The position numbers and the translations under genes were made by a program. A stretch of DNA of 64,000 nucleotides from an uncultured Verrucomicrobiae bacterium (GTDB lineage: Bacteria > Verrucomicrobiota > Verrucomicrobiia > Palsa-1439): NCBI GenBank assembly GCA_963713705.1, contig CAVQMY010000045.1, positions 585 through 64,584 of the forward strand, in the 5' to 3' direction. Shown one piece after another: positions 20,527 to 32,117 of this stretch. Positions within the stretch are counted from its first letter, which is position 1. Every line of letters begins with the position of its first letter. Below the pieces are notes generated by a model. It searched no databases, had not been told where the DNA came from, and saw only the letters and a program-made list of their open reading frames with translations.

Positions 20527-20829
20527 TCAACTGCAACTCGTTTTGCAACCCGCTCTTGCCGCGGGTGCAAGCCCGGTACCATCGCAGCACGACGCGCAGT
20601 CTTCCGGGCTCTTCGTGCTACCCGAGCAACACGAGCCTGCCGAGCTTGCTCCGCCACATCCTTGGCAGCCGCTACCGCCGCAGCAACTGGTACACGGCGG
20701 GTTGTTCGCGTTTACCATACGCACGCAGAAAACGAGCGCCACCACGAGAAAGGCCGCAACACACGCCACCTTGACAGCGCGCTTCACAAAGGTTCGTTGT
20801 TGAGAATCCATCATGCGACTAACCTCCAC
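20527..20829 (-). CDS. Small membrane-anchored cysteine-rich protein
   Basis: 100 aa. A TM helix (VACVAAFLVVALVFCV) is followed by ~20 Cys arranged as CC/CxxC pairs (…CTSCCGGSGCQGCGG…CCSG…CASCCDG…). Confidence 0.35.
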   Translation of the reverse strand: MEVSRMMDSQQRTFVKRAVKVACVAAFLVVALVFCVRMVNANNPPCTSCCGGSGCQGCGGASSAGSCCSGSTKSPEDCASCCDGTGLAPAARAGCKTSCS

Positions 20830-21108
20830 TCTATATGTTTGGTTTCGTACCGCGTACGTGGCGGGCAGTTCACCTGCAACAACATCTCACGGTTAGTACA
20901 AAGCGTCCAAGATTGTCAATCGTAAAATGTAGGGGGTCCGAGCCAAGGTAATAGCCACACCAACCCCTGTTGATTTGTGCTATGTCTTTTGGCCCACAGT
21001 CATCCAGCCAACGGCCGTTCAAGATTGGACTCGCCCTAGCAGGAGCGATCATTGATTGTCAGGTGCGCACGCCGATGCAGGAACACGGCGCACCCGCCCT
21101 TGCTTCGG

Positions 21109-21808
21109 TTAGTCGCCCTGAAACCACGTGTTCTTCCACGCGGGAATCGCCACCTGTTGCACAATCTTCGAATACGAGATCCATTCCACATGGTAATCTC
21201 CAAAAAGCGCATTCATCCCACCCGAGTGTCGATCCTGTATGGGTGCCAGCTTCTTCGTCAGACCGCCCCGCGTCACGGTGTAGCCACTGCCATCGGTGTC
21301 AATCATTAAGAGAAATTCGGACGGCTTAGGCACTGCCTTTAGGTTAAACCAGTACGATCCATCCGCTTCAGGCTGTAATGGTTGATAGATTCCACTCACC
21401 AATACGTTCGGGCGGCTGACGGAATACGAAAAGATTCGGGTGTTATTGATTTGGTCCTGAGTCATCCTAGCTGAGACGGCCGGGCAGAGCCTCATCTGCC
21501 GGAACTGCTGAACCTTCCCCTTGCCGAGATAAGCAACGTACGGGTTCGTAGCACTCATGCTGCCAACTTGATATCTGAAGGATTGCCAATGCTTCAGATC
21601 AAAAAGATACCCGTTGTGATCCTGGGCGTACATCTCAAAGCAGAGCCCCCACTGTCTCTCGTTATTGATGCACGCGACATCCCGAGCTTCTCGACCGGGC
21701 CTTGGTCAGTGCGGGCAACAGCAGTCCCAGCAAGATCCCAATGATCCCGATCACGACCAGCAACTCGATAAGGGTGAACGCCCTGCTTCTGTATCCGACG
21801 ACCTTCAT
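21109..21808 (-). CDS. DUF1559 'H-X9-DG' prepilin-type N-terminal cleavage/methylation protein (type II secretion pseudopilin-like), frameshifted
   Basis: The N-terminus [34 protein letters not shown] is a class III signal. The C-terminus carries [14 protein letters not shown] (the H-X9-DG motif). The N-terminal part stops at a TAA and the body (…[27 protein letters not shown]…) continues in another frame. The break is near 21655-21665. Confidence 0.65.
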
Positions 21809-21982
21809 TTACCGCTTAGCCTCGGCCAGCGTTCAAGTTAGGCTACGATTCCCGGGCCGTGTTGTCTGCCGTCTCTCGCTACGAGAGTAAACAGCTTATT
21901 TATTCCCCCACGAGCTTATGCCGTCGGTAGTATCCTGTCAAGGCGTTCTCGGCCATTTCTTGGCCATTTCTCGGCCATTTAC

Positions 21983-23251
21983 CAGGGCGATTGCATTTAG
22001 AAGTTGAGCAGGGAGGCGAGGTACTGGTGGTCCCAGCCGGCGGCCTTTTGTTTGGCGCGGATGCCCAGTTTGACTCGCTGGTCGCGGCGCAGTTGGTTCA
22101 GGCATAAGGCCCGCAGCGTGGCCAGGTTCTGCGCCGCGTTCTGCTGGCGCACGGCGCAGCGGTCTTCGCCCATCTGCACGTCCAGCACCCAGTGCAGGCA
22201 ATTCTCGATCTCCCAGTGGCCGCGCACCGCCGCCGCAAACCGCTCGACCTGCGCCGGCAGGCTGCCGAGATAGTAGCGCCGCTGCGTCGTCGATTTCCCC
22301 TGCACCTCCCGCACTGCTTCGACCATCCCGACGCTGCGTAAGGCTTCCCACTGGGGCCTGTCGGCCAGCCAAGCGATCGCTTCGGTAATCCAATAGCGAC
22401 GGGTCTCGATGCGCCCGTGATCCTTCTCCAGGGTCTGGGTGAATTGATGGGCGAGGCCAGCAAAACCGCGCGCGTGGGCGTCGTCCAGAAACGCTTGGAC
22501 TTCGGCGTGCAGCGTGCCCTGATTGCCTTTCAGTGCCAGCACGTAGTCGGCATCGGCCTCGTGAATCTCTTTGGCCACGGTCTTTTGGCAGCCCATCGCG
22601 TCCACCGTCACCACACAGCCGGCCAATTCCAGCGCCCGGAGCAGCGGGGGCAGTGCGGTGATCTCGTTGCTGTGGTCGTCCACCTTCAGTTGCCCCAGCA
22701 CCAAGCGATTCCGGGCCGCCCAGACGTTGACCAGGTGGATCGGCCCGTGCCCGCGCGCCCGACTGTGCCGCAGCGTCTTGCCATCCAACGCCACCAATTC
22801 GCCGACGACGACCTGGCGCAGGCTTTGCGTCCACGCCAGGAAACAGTCCCGAAACTTCGCCGGATCAATGAGCCCGAACACACGGTTGAAGGTGTCGTGC
22901 GAGGGAATGCCGTGCGGCAACGCCAGCCAGCTTTTGAACCACTCGGCCTTGCACCGACCGCACTGGGCGATTTCGGTGAAGCCCTCCGCACCGCAGAGCA
23001 TGGCGCAGACGGCGATCATCAGGATATCCAGCAACTCGTGGCGCTTGGCCGGGCCGACGCGCGGGTCGGGTCGTGGAGCGAAGTGGTCTTTCAAATTGCG
23101 GAACGAGGATCGTTGGTTTTGCATCCCCATCTTCCACCACAAATCCCCGGAAACCGGAAGCAAAAACTTGTCGTCGCAAACCGGCTCCACCGGCCCACTT
23201 ACAAAGAATTCCTTTCGCACCCCCCTGAAGAATCAAAATGCAATCGCCCTG
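21983..23251 (-). mobile_element. ISAs1-family insertion sequence, copy 1 (1269 bp)
   Basis: Terminal inverted repeats CAGGGCGATTGCATTT. A 10-bp direct repeat GGCCATTTAC flanks it at 21973-21982 and 23252-23261. Near-identical to copy 2. Confidence 0.85.
21997..23220 (-). CDS. ISAs1-family (H-repeat-associated) DDE transposase
   Basis: 407 aa: DDE_Tnp_1_assoc N-terminus (…DPRVGPAKRHELLDILMIAVCAMLCGAEGFTEI…) plus DDE core (…VTVDAMGCQ…YYLGSLPAQ…HWEIENCLHWVLDV…). Confidence 0.85.
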   Translation of the reverse strand: MRKEFFVSGPVEPVCDDKFLLPVSGDLWWKMGMQNQRSSFRNLKDHFAPRPDPRVGPAKRHELLDILMIAVCAMLCGAEGFTEIAQCGRCKAEWFKSWLALPHGIPSHDTFNRVFGLIDPAKFRDCFLAWTQSLRQVVVGELVALDGKTLRHSRARGHGPIHLVNVWAARNRLVLGQLKVDDHSNEITALPPLLRALELAGCVVTVDAMGCQKTVAKEIHEADADYVLALKGNQGTLHAEVQAFLDDAHARGFAGLAHQFTQTLEKDHGRIETRRYWITEAIAWLADRPQWEALRSVGMVEAVREVQGKSTTQRRYYLGSLPAQVERFAAAVRGHWEIENCLHWVLDVQMGEDRCAVRQQNAAQNLATLRALCLNQLRRDQRVKLGIRAKQKAAGWDHQYLASLLNF

Positions 23252-23335
23252 GGCCATTTACAATATGGCTGCCGGACGCTTCATTCCCCCAAAGGTTGAA
23301 GCCTCACGAATACTCTGTGGCGCGAAGGTTGTGCC

Positions 23336-23998
23336 CTACGGTTTAACGTCGCTGGAGTGGGGTATAAGCCGCCTCTTGAATTCCGCGGATGCTTCGGTGG
23401 CATCCGATGCCCTCAGGATCGCCGAAACTACCGCCACCCGCGTTGCGCCGGCCTCCAGGACCTGGCTGATGTTGTCCAACGTGATCCCGCCGATGGCAAA
23501 AAAGGGAACTTTTACCTGGGCCGCGACCTGGCGGACCAGGTCGGTCCCGACAGACCTGGCTGCGGGTTTGGTGGCCGTTGGGAAAACAGGGCCGACCCCG
23601 ATATAGCTGGCGCCGTCGCGTTCTGCCGTCAGGGCCTGTTCGATGGAGTGGGTGCTGATGCCGACAATGCGCATGTTGGCGAGGCGATCGGCGCGTTGTT
23701 CGCGCGGGATCGCCGCCCAATCCTCCTGACCCAGGTGCACGCCGTCCGCGCCCGTTTCGAACGCGGCCTCGATATCGTCATCGATGATAACGGGCACATG
23801 GCAAGGAAACGCGGCGGAAACCACGCGGAGTCCGATATCGACCCGCTCGGCATGCGTGCGTTCCTTCGCCCGCACCTGCAAAATGTCCACGCCGCCCGCA
23901 ACCAAATCTCGCGCTATCTCGCCGGGGTCGAGGTCCTCGACGTACATCGTGTCGATAAACCCGTACAACCGGCACCGGGCAAGTCGGGCCGTGGACAT
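23336..23998 (-). CDS. thiE: Thiamine-phosphate synthase
   Basis: …DILQVRAKE…VIIDDDIEAAFETGADGVHLGQED…GVGPVFPTATK…FAIGGI…, the conserved ThiE motifs. The start could alternatively be upstream at 24061. Confidence 0.8.
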   Translation of the reverse strand: MSTARLARCRLYGFIDTMYVEDLDPGEIARDLVAGGVDILQVRAKERTHAERVDIGLRVVSAAFPCHVPVIIDDDIEAAFETGADGVHLGQEDWAAIPREQRADRLANMRIVGISTHSIEQALTAERDGASYIGVGPVFPTATKPAARSVGTDLVRQVAAQVKVPFFAIGGITLDNISQVLEAGATRVAVVSAILRASDATEASAEFKRRLIPHSSDVKP

Positions 23999-25059
23999 CA
24001 ACCGAAAAAGACCTTTGCGACGTCGTAGAGTTTCTCTGGCACACAGCGGTTGCGCACGCACAGCTTCGTCGTGCCGGTCTTTTTGTCCGCGACCTCGACG
24101 ATGACCGAGTCGAGGGGAATGCCAATGACGTCAGGGCCGCGCAATGCAACCATTCTTCCAAACTCGCCGTTCATCGCGAGTTCGACGGCTTTCACGCCGT
24201 ACCGCGTCGCGAGCACGCGGTCGTAGGCGCTGGGAGTGCCGCCGCGCTGGATGTGGCCGAGCACCACCACACGGCTTTCGATCCCGGTGATCTTCTCAAT
24301 TTCTTTGCAGAGTACTTCGCCAATGCCGCCCAGACGCACGTGGCCGAACGCATCGAGTTCCTTGCTCGATGTAATCTCCGCGCCCTCGAGTTTGAAACCT
24401 TCGGCGACGGCGACAATGGAAAAGCTCTTCCCGCCCGCCTGACGGCGCTTGATGATTTTGCAGATCTCGGCCAGCGAGATGGGGAATTCGGGCAGCAACA
24501 CCAGGTCCGCGCCACCGGCCATACCGGCTTCGAGCGCAATCCAACCCGCCTGGCGTCCCATCAATTCCACCACCAGCACGCGGCTGTGCGATTCCGCCGT
24601 GCTATGCAGGCGGTCGATGGCCTCCGCGGCGATGTTGATCGCCGTGTCGAAACCGAACGTCTGGTCGGTGCCGTCGATATCGTTGTCAATGGTCTTCGGG
24701 ACGCCGATCACCGGCACGCCGCGTTTGTGAAGGCGGGAGGCGACACCCAAGGTATCATCGCCGCCAATGGCGATGAGCGCCGCCAGGTCCATGCTCTTGA
24801 TGTGTTTCACGAGCGTATCCATCTGCTCGTCGGTCGGATTGGTCCGCGACGTACCGAGGATGGTGCCCCCCAAATGCAGGATGCCCGATACGCGCTCGCG
24901 CGTGAGCGGGAAGTAGTCTCCTTTGAGGACGCCAGCCCAGCCATTGCGGAAACCCAACACCTCGTAACCTTCGAGCAATCCTTTGCGTGTTACCGCCCGA
25001 ATTACCGCGTTCAATCCGGGGCAGTCGCCGCCGCCGGTCAGGGTTGCAATCTTCTTCAT
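23998..25059 (-). CDS. pfkA: 6-phosphofructokinase
   Basis: MKKIATLTGGGDCPGLNAVIRAV…GGDDTLGVASRL…, canonical PFK motifs. 353 aa. Confidence 0.85.
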   Translation of the reverse strand: MKKIATLTGGGDCPGLNAVIRAVTRKGLLEGYEVLGFRNGWAGVLKGDYFPLTRERVSGILHLGGTILGTSRTNPTDEQMDTLVKHIKSMDLAALIAIGGDDTLGVASRLHKRGVPVIGVPKTIDNDIDGTDQTFGFDTAINIAAEAIDRLHSTAESHSRVLVVELMGRQAGWIALEAGMAGGADLVLLPEFPISLAEICKIIKRRQAGGKSFSIVAVAEGFKLEGAEITSSKELDAFGHVRLGGIGEVLCKEIEKITGIESRVVVLGHIQRGGTPSAYDRVLATRYGVKAVELAMNGEFGRMVALRGPDVIGIPLDSVIVEVADKKTGTTKLCVRNRCVPEKLYDVAKVFFG

Positions 25060-25083
25060 CTTGTTACAGTTAAACTCCCTCGA

Positions 25084-26490
<1,407 letters not shown>

Positions 26491-26534
26491 GGCGACCTGT
26501 GTTTCCAGGGCTGAAGCTGTGCCGCGGCGTCGGC

Positions 26535-27037
26535 CTATTTGACGCGCACCGCAAACAACTTCTGGCCAAATTCCACGGGCTTGGCGTTTTCCGCAAGAAC
26601 TTCGGTGATGGTCCCTTTGACTTCGGCCTTGATCTCGTTCATCACCTTCATCGCCTCGATAATGCAGACGACGGTTTCGGGATCGACCTCCTGGCCGACC
26701 TCAACGTACGTCGGCGCGTCGGCGCCGGGGCTCGGTAAAAAGTGCCCACCATTGGGGATACAATGTGCTTGGCATCCGTCGCAACAGGTGCCGACGCGGG
26801 CGCTGCGGCAGCCGGGGCGGGTCCGGGCGCGGTAACCGGAGCCGCGGCGGGCGGCGGTGGCGCCGCCGGCGGGAGGGTCACCGTCTGCTGGAATCCTTCG
26901 GGGCCGCGCTTGATGCGGATTTTCAACCCATCCTGTTCCATAGAGAATTCGGAAAGGTCGTTGTCCTTCATCATTCCAATAATCGCCTTGATTTGCTCCA
27001 GTTCCATAGATTCTGGCTCAGTCCTTTTGAAGTTCAA
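26535..27037 (-). CDS. accB: Biotin carboxyl carrier protein (AccB), frameshifted near 26745
   Basis: N-terminal domain plus Pro/Ala linker in one frame. The biotinyl domain …[37 protein letters not shown]… (AMKM motif) is in the adjacent frame. The break is in CGAGCCCCGGCG. Confidence 0.7.
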
Positions 27038-27124
27038 AGGGGCGTCCTTCCATCAACTCGCCATCCGTCTGCCAAACTCGCGCTTCGGCACGCCACAGGT
27101 TTTGCTACCACCAAGGGGCAGCTA

Positions 27125-28924
27125 TCACTTGGAGGTTCGCGCTTCCTTGGCGGGGTCGGACTCTAGCAAAGTGCCGGTCGATTGTCTAACGCTTTCCTTG
27201 GCCGTGGCCAGAGCCTGACTGTAGCGGGGATTTGTCGGGTTCAGCTCGACGGCTCTCTGGAGAAGTCGAAGGACTTCTGTATCAACACCATGCGCGGTAA
27301 TCCTCGCTCTCGCCAGTTGCCACCAACCTGACGCCCGGTACGGGTCGCCCGCAATGGCACGGCGATACGCCGCGAATGCTTCCTCGATGTCGCCAGCTCG
27401 GAGAGCCGTCTCCCCCAAACACGACTGAAGGCGCGAATTCCAAGGCGCCAAACGCACCGCCTGCCTGTTTTCGTCGAGAGCCGCCAACGGATTGATGCCC
27501 TCTATTTGACGGGCTTGCTTGGCCATGAAAGCCGCCGCCAGTGCCCGACATTCCATCCAGAGTACGGCGGCCACCAAGACCACACATACTCCTGCCATCA
27601 GCCAATTCTGCCGTTGACGCGGCGCCACGGTGTCGGTCTTGGGCAATTCCTTCAAACCCTGCAACGTGCCAAGCAGAACAAACGCCGGCAGCGCGACTCC
27701 CGGCACATAGAGCTCGAAATCAACCAGTCCGTGGACCGTCCAGCCCACCAACGCACCGCAAATGGCGGCGGCCGCAACATCGCCCACCCGTTCCCGCGAC
27801 AGCCGAAATGAGTCCCGCACGGCGACGACCCACAACACGGCAAACGCAAGAAACGCGAAGATGCCCGAATCCGACCACATCTGCAGGAAATTGTTGTGGA
27901 CGGCTGCGGCTTCCTCGGTCAACGCCGTCTTGTACATCGGATAAATCGAACCGAACGTGCCCGGCCCCGTGCCGATCCAGGGATGATCCTTGATAATGCG
28001 GATGGCTCCACGCCAATAATCCGTTCGCGCTTCCAGGCTCCCTGTCCCAAAATGCAACAAACCACCATGACGGGCGAGCGCAGCCACCACACCCAGTGCC
28101 AGGACAAGCACGGCAATCGCTTTCGCTGCACCCCATCTGCCTTTCGGGACCAGACACCACAAAACCGCCAGAGTCATACATCCGAAGGCCGCCAACCCGC
28201 CCCGTGAACCCGTGAGCAGCAGACAAAACAGCATTTCGCCCGCGGCAAACACCAACGCGATCCATTTCACCCGCACGTCCCAACCGCGTGCGCGGACCCA
28301 AATCCACGCCAGCACCGGGGCGAAGACCACGACCAGAAATCCCGCCAGCGCGTTGGGATACACGAACGGGCCGAATACACGGTTGCTGGTCATGCGCGCC
28401 AGGAAGTCCCGTGGCGCGGTGGATGCATCCACGTGAGTTGACGCGTAGGCGCGGGTCTCTTCCAAGCCGCCGAAATGCTGTTGCATCGCCAGAATGCAGA
28501 CGAACAGTGTCGCCAGGGCCAGCCCGCCGAATATCCGGCCCGTGGCCGCGCCGTTGCGCGCATACCAGGCGCCAACATAAAACAGCAAGACCCCGGCCGC
28601 GAAGAGCATGACCGTATCGATCGTCTCCTGGGGACAGATCGTCCAGGGCGCGGCCAGCAGCTGGGTCAACAGGAAGAACAGGGGCAGCACGAACAGCAAA
28701 TCCACGCGAGCCAGCATTCGATCCCGGTCGAGCACGAGCCAGATGAAGCCGGCGAAGATGAAGATGATCGCGAACTCATTGGGCCATGTGAAATAGAGCC
28801 ATTCGACAACGCCGGTCGGCGGCATGACAGACCATTGCACCATGGCGGGCGCGCCGAATTTCAGCGGCGCGAGAAACGCCACGGCCGCCAGGCCCAACAC
28901 AAACCGGTTCGCAAGCCCCTTCAT
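27125..28924 (-). CDS. O-antigen ligase (Wzy_C)-family polytopic membrane protein with C-terminal TPR repeats
   Basis: 599 aa with ~10 TM helices and a periplasmic loop typical of O-antigen ligase/polymerase-like proteins. The C-terminal ~150 aa are TPR-like. Confidence 0.6.
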   Translation of the reverse strand: MKGLANRFVLGLAAVAFLAPLKFGAPAMVQWSVMPPTGVVEWLYFTWPNEFAIIFIFAGFIWLVLDRDRMLARVDLLFVLPLFFLLTQLLAAPWTICPQETIDTVMLFAAGVLLFYVGAWYARNGAATGRIFGGLALATLFVCILAMQQHFGGLEETRAYASTHVDASTAPRDFLARMTSNRVFGPFVYPNALAGFLVVVFAPVLAWIWVRARGWDVRVKWIALVFAAGEMLFCLLLTGSRGGLAAFGCMTLAVLWCLVPKGRWGAAKAIAVLVLALGVVAALARHGGLLHFGTGSLEARTDYWRGAIRIIKDHPWIGTGPGTFGSIYPMYKTALTEEAAAVHNNFLQMWSDSGIFAFLAFAVLWVVAVRDSFRLSRERVGDVAAAAICGALVGWTVHGLVDFELYVPGVALPAFVLLGTLQGLKELPKTDTVAPRQRQNWLMAGVCVVLVAAVLWMECRALAAAFMAKQARQIEGINPLAALDENRQAVRLAPWNSRLQSCLGETALRAGDIEEAFAAYRRAIAGDPYRASGWWQLARARITAHGVDTEVLRLLQRAVELNPTNPRYSQALATAKESVRQSTGTLLESDPAKEARTSK

Positions 28925-28947
28925 TCAATCCGTCATCTGCCGTCGGA

Positions 28948-29979
28948 TCACCGCGCCACCGTTGTCGCGTTCGGTGTCAGCTTGAGCAGTCCCACCTCGA
29001 ACGCCAGTGTCTCCGAAATATTGCGCGAAAGCGCGTCACGGATTCGTTCGATGGCCTCGAGGTTACGGCAGGCCTGTGGACTCGTCAATCCGTCCGCGAT
29101 TCGCCGCGTGGTCGGCGCCTGGTCGGGGTGGGCCAACAATTGGTCGTCGGCTCCCTCGGCGCACAGCAGCAGGTCGCCGAACCAGCTGTATATTTCTTCC
29201 AACACCTGCTCCCGGGCGGCCCGGTATTCGCCCTCGATCCGCGCTTCCATTTGTTCTTCGAGCCGCTCGCGCACCCGGGGTTCCAATTCCTCGTACCGAT
29301 CGAGGTCGAGTTCCGCTTCCACGCGGGCGCGCGTCTCGTTGCGAATTTCCTGAAGGAGGGCGGTCAATTCCGACAACAATCGGTAACTGTGGGAAATTCG
29401 TTCCTCGGCGGTGGCGGAAAATTTTACCAGCAACGGCAGTAATTTTGCGTGATAGGAAGACGTGACACCCGCCGCGATCGGGCCGAAGGATATTCTCAGA
29501 CACCGCGACAGAATGGTCGGCAACAGACGCTGCGGGTCGGCGGTCAGCAGAAGGATCACCGTCTGGGCGGGCGGTTCTTCGAGCGTCTTGAGAAACGCGT
29601 TGCCCGCTTCCTCGCCCATGCAGTCGGCGTCCACCACGATCCCGACTTTCACCCCCCCCATCGACGACCGCAGGTTCACCGATTTCATAAACTCGCGCAT
29701 CTGGTCGATCTGGATGCGCCGGCTTTTCGACTCCGGCCGCACCCAGTACACATCCGGATGCACCCCTTCGTCGACGCGTCGACAGGAATCGCATTGGTCG
29801 CAGCTATCGTGGTCTTTTTCCGAACAGTTCAACGCCTTCGCCAGCGTCCGCGCCATGCTTTCCTTGCCGCTTCCGCGCGGTCCAGCAAACAAATAGGCGT
29901 GCGCCAGCCGTCCGCGCTCCAGACTGTGACGCAGTTGCGCGGCGATCTCCTTCTGTTCCTGGAAATCGCTAAAGGACAT
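28948..29979 (-). CDS. holB: DNA polymerase III subunit delta'
   Basis: …AYLFAGPRGSGKESMARTLAKALNC…CDQCDSCRRV… (AAA+ Walker A plus Zn-module) and …TVILLLTADPQRLLPTILSRC…. Confidence 0.8.
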   Translation of the reverse strand: MSFSDFQEQKEIAAQLRHSLERGRLAHAYLFAGPRGSGKESMARTLAKALNCSEKDHDSCDQCDSCRRVDEGVHPDVYWVRPESKSRRIQIDQMREFMKSVNLRSSMGGVKVGIVVDADCMGEEAGNAFLKTLEEPPAQTVILLLTADPQRLLPTILSRCLRISFGPIAAGVTSSYHAKLLPLLVKFSATAEERISHSYRLLSELTALLQEIRNETRARVEAELDLDRYEELEPRVRERLEEQMEARIEGEYRAAREQVLEEIYSWFGDLLLCAEGADDQLLAHPDQAPTTRRIADGLTSPQACRNLEAIERIRDALSRNISETLAFEVGLLKLTPNATTVAR

Positions 29980-30595
29980 CCTTCACCAAACTCCAGATTT
30001 GCGTCGCGATTCCCTCGATGGTCTGGCTGCCATCGATCACTTTCACGCGACGGTTTTCGCGTTTGGCCAGATCCAGATATCCCTGCCGCACGCGGTCGTA
30101 AAACTCCAGCGCCTGGTTTTCCATCCGGTCAAACAACTCGCGGCCGCGGACCCGTTCCAGACCGATCCGCGGGTCGAGATCGATCACCAGCGTCAGGTCG
30201 GGCAGATGAGCGCCCGCGGCAAAGCGGTTGATGGTGGCCACGGACTGTAGATCGATCTTTCGGCCGACGCCCTGGTACACGGCGGTCGAATCGAGAAACC
30301 GGTCGCAGATGACGATGGTTCCGGTGTTCAACGCCGGCTGGATCACCTGCCGAACGAGTTGGGCGCGGCTGGCGCAGAAAAGCAGCAGCTCGGTCTCGGG
30401 AACCATGGCCGCAGATTGCTTGCTGTACTGGAGGATGTGACGGATTTGTTCGCCCACTTCTGTACCACCCGGTTCGCGGGCGATCAACACCTGATAACCC
30501 TCTTGCCGCAAGCGGGTTACCAACCGGTCGATGTGCGTGGACTTTCCGCTGCCTTCCCCGCCCTCAAAAGTAATGAATTTGCCTTTTTTAGCCAT
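29969..30595 (-). CDS. tmk: Thymidylate kinase
   Basis: MAKKGKFITFEGGEGSGKST… P-loop and …LIAREPGGT…. 208 aa. Confidence 0.85.
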   Translation of the reverse strand: MAKKGKFITFEGGEGSGKSTHIDRLVTRLRQEGYQVLIAREPGGTEVGEQIRHILQYSKQSAAMVPETELLLFCASRAQLVRQVIQPALNTGTIVICDRFLDSTAVYQGVGRKIDLQSVATINRFAAGAHLPDLTLVIDLDPRIGLERVRGRELFDRMENQALEFYDRVRQGYLDLAKRENRRVKVIDGSQTIEGIATQIWSLVKDVL

Positions 30596-30702
30596 TTTTC
30601 CGAAAGATTTTCACGGATGATAGTGCCACGTCACGCGGCGGTCAAGATTTGGCACCGAGCCTGCTGTTTTTGAAGTAGATACTCGTATCATCATTTATTT
30701 GG

Positions 30703-31206
30703 GTGGGAAACAAGAGATTGGGAGGATTCGCAGATGCCACTGACAGCCGAAAACATCGGGCAAACGGACGCGGTCAAGACGGCTGGCCAAGATGCCGTTC
30801 CGGCCCGCCGAGTTCCGTCATCCGCGTGCTGGCCATTGACGACAACGAGGAGTTCCGCAATCTCATCACCGAATTGCTGCGGCCCCTCGGATTCGACGTT
30901 GAGGCCGTCGCCAGTCCCGTAAAGGCCCTGGAAAAGTTCACCCAGCAGAAGGACAGGTTTCAGCTCGTGTTGCTCGACTACTACATGCCCCAGCTTGACG
31001 GCGCCAAGACGTTCGAGTGGTTAAAGAAGCTCAATCCGTCCGTGAAAGTCATCATTGTGTCCGGCGCGGAAGAACTGCGGCTCCGCCAGATCCTCGCTCA
31101 ACACCCGATCGATGGCTATATCCGCAAGCCGTTCCGCGTCCAGGAAGCCCTTCACATTATCCACCATGTGATGGCCAAATCCAGCGGCCGATCTACCGCT
31201 CCCTAG
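30703..31206 (+). CDS. Single-domain response regulator (CheY-like receiver); N-terminus uncertain
   Basis: …IRVLAIDDNEEFRNLITELLRPLGFDVEA…LVLLDYYMPQLDG…VIIVSGAEE…IRKPF…, a receiver domain with no output domain. An alternative ATG in another frame at 30734 suggests a possible frame error at the 5' end. Confidence 0.6.
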   Translation: MGNKRLGGFADATDSRKHRANGRGQDGWPRCRSGPPSSVIRVLAIDDNEEFRNLITELLRPLGFDVEAVASPVKALEKFTQQKDRFQLVLLDYYMPQLDGAKTFEWLKKLNPSVKVIIVSGAEELRLRQILAQHPIDGYIRKPFRVQEALHIIHHVMAKSSGRSTAP

Positions 31207-31293
31207 TGTGCTGTCCCTAACGCTTCGTTACAATGAATCGCTTCATTTTGACCAGATGGACATTGGAAAGGCATTTCAGTGACACCACACTAG
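31203..31293. repeat. 91-bp element, left copy of a perfect inverted-repeat pair
   Basis: CTAGTGTGCTGTCCCTAACGCTTCGTTACAATGAATCGCTTCATTTTGACCAGATGGACATTGGAAAGGCATTTCAGTGACACCACACTAG. The unit has its own terminal inverted repeats CTAGTGTGnTGTC/GACAnCACACTAG. It overlaps the response-regulator stop codon (TAG at 31204-31206). Confidence 0.8.
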
Positions 31294-31353
31294 CGCGATT
31301 GACCGTCTCATTTCGCCGGGGCAGGCCACCGCGTCACCCCTCTTTGCCTCGCA

Positions 31354-31992
31354 TCACAAACTGCGCCGACGCCTGAGGAACGCGACAAGCGATACGCCGC
31401 CGAGCGCGGCCAGCAGAAACGTCGATGGCTCGGGAATGAACTCGAATGTGAAATTGTCCGTGACAAAGTCCTCCCCTCCACCAGAAAACCCTGCGCTTTG
31501 TCCGCCAAAAGAGTTGAAGTAAAGCCGGTCGACATCCAGATAATTAAAAGTGAACAAAGTTGGATTCGTCGCACTGGCAACGACGGTCTGATCGTAGAGC
31601 AGGTTTGTTCCGTCAAACCCTTGAACTTCGACATTCAAGTTGCTGTTCCAAGCGCCAGTCAGGTAAACGCTCAGGAAGTTGAAATTCGTCGACGAATCAA
31701 TCTCGGCGGGTGTGCCACCGGCATTAACGGCCACGTTGGAAGGTGACACCATGCCATAATAAATGCCGCTCAACCCCCCTCCGAGTACCGGGGGAAGGTT
31801 AGTCTCAAGAATCGCGTTCACAACTCCAAAATTACTCCAAACCAGTCCTTGATAGCCGTTTGGAATGTATTCTCCACTACCCGTTACATGGAGATCGTCG
31901 AAAGTGATGACGCTCTGCCCCTTGGTCGAAGCTGTTGAGAGGGCGAGCAATGTGAAACATATGAGAGACTGGAGGAACAACCTCGACTTCAT
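31354..31992 (-). CDS. PEP-CTERM-anchored secreted protein
   Basis: Signal peptide MKSRLFLQSLICFTLLALSTA… and the C-terminus FIPEPSTFLLAALGGVSLVAFLRRRRSL. The longer ORF reaching 32208 is probably read-through. Confidence 0.7.
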   Translation of the reverse strand: MKSRLFLQSLICFTLLALSTASTKGQSVITFDDLHVTGSGEYIPNGYQGLVWSNFGVVNAILETNLPPVLGGGLSGIYYGMVSPSNVAVNAGGTPAEIDSSTNFNFLSVYLTGAWNSNLNVEVQGFDGTNLLYDQTVVASATNPTLFTFNYLDVDRLYFNSFGGQSAGFSGGGEDFVTDNFTFEFIPEPSTFLLAALGGVSLVAFLRRRRSL

Positions 31993-32117
31993 AACAAGCG
32001 TCCTTATCTTTTCTCCACCGGAATCATAGCAGTAAACGGCGGTGGAATCCAGAGAATTCGGGGCAACCGTAGCTGGTGAAGCGCCTGCCCTAAAGCGGAG
32101 TGGGTATGTGTTCGTTG

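Noticed and set aside
22417-23346. Several long + strand ORFs inside ISAs1 copy 1 (and their mirror images in copy 2 at 36252..37547)
   Set aside because: Antisense or off-frame to the conserved 407-aa transposase. The compositions are Arg/Pro/Ala-rich.
27282-28611. Multiple 100-200-aa ORFs on both strands over 27.3-28.6 kb
   Set aside because: All overlap the 599-aa O-antigen-ligase/TPR membrane-protein gene and have Arg/Pro-rich low-complexity translations.
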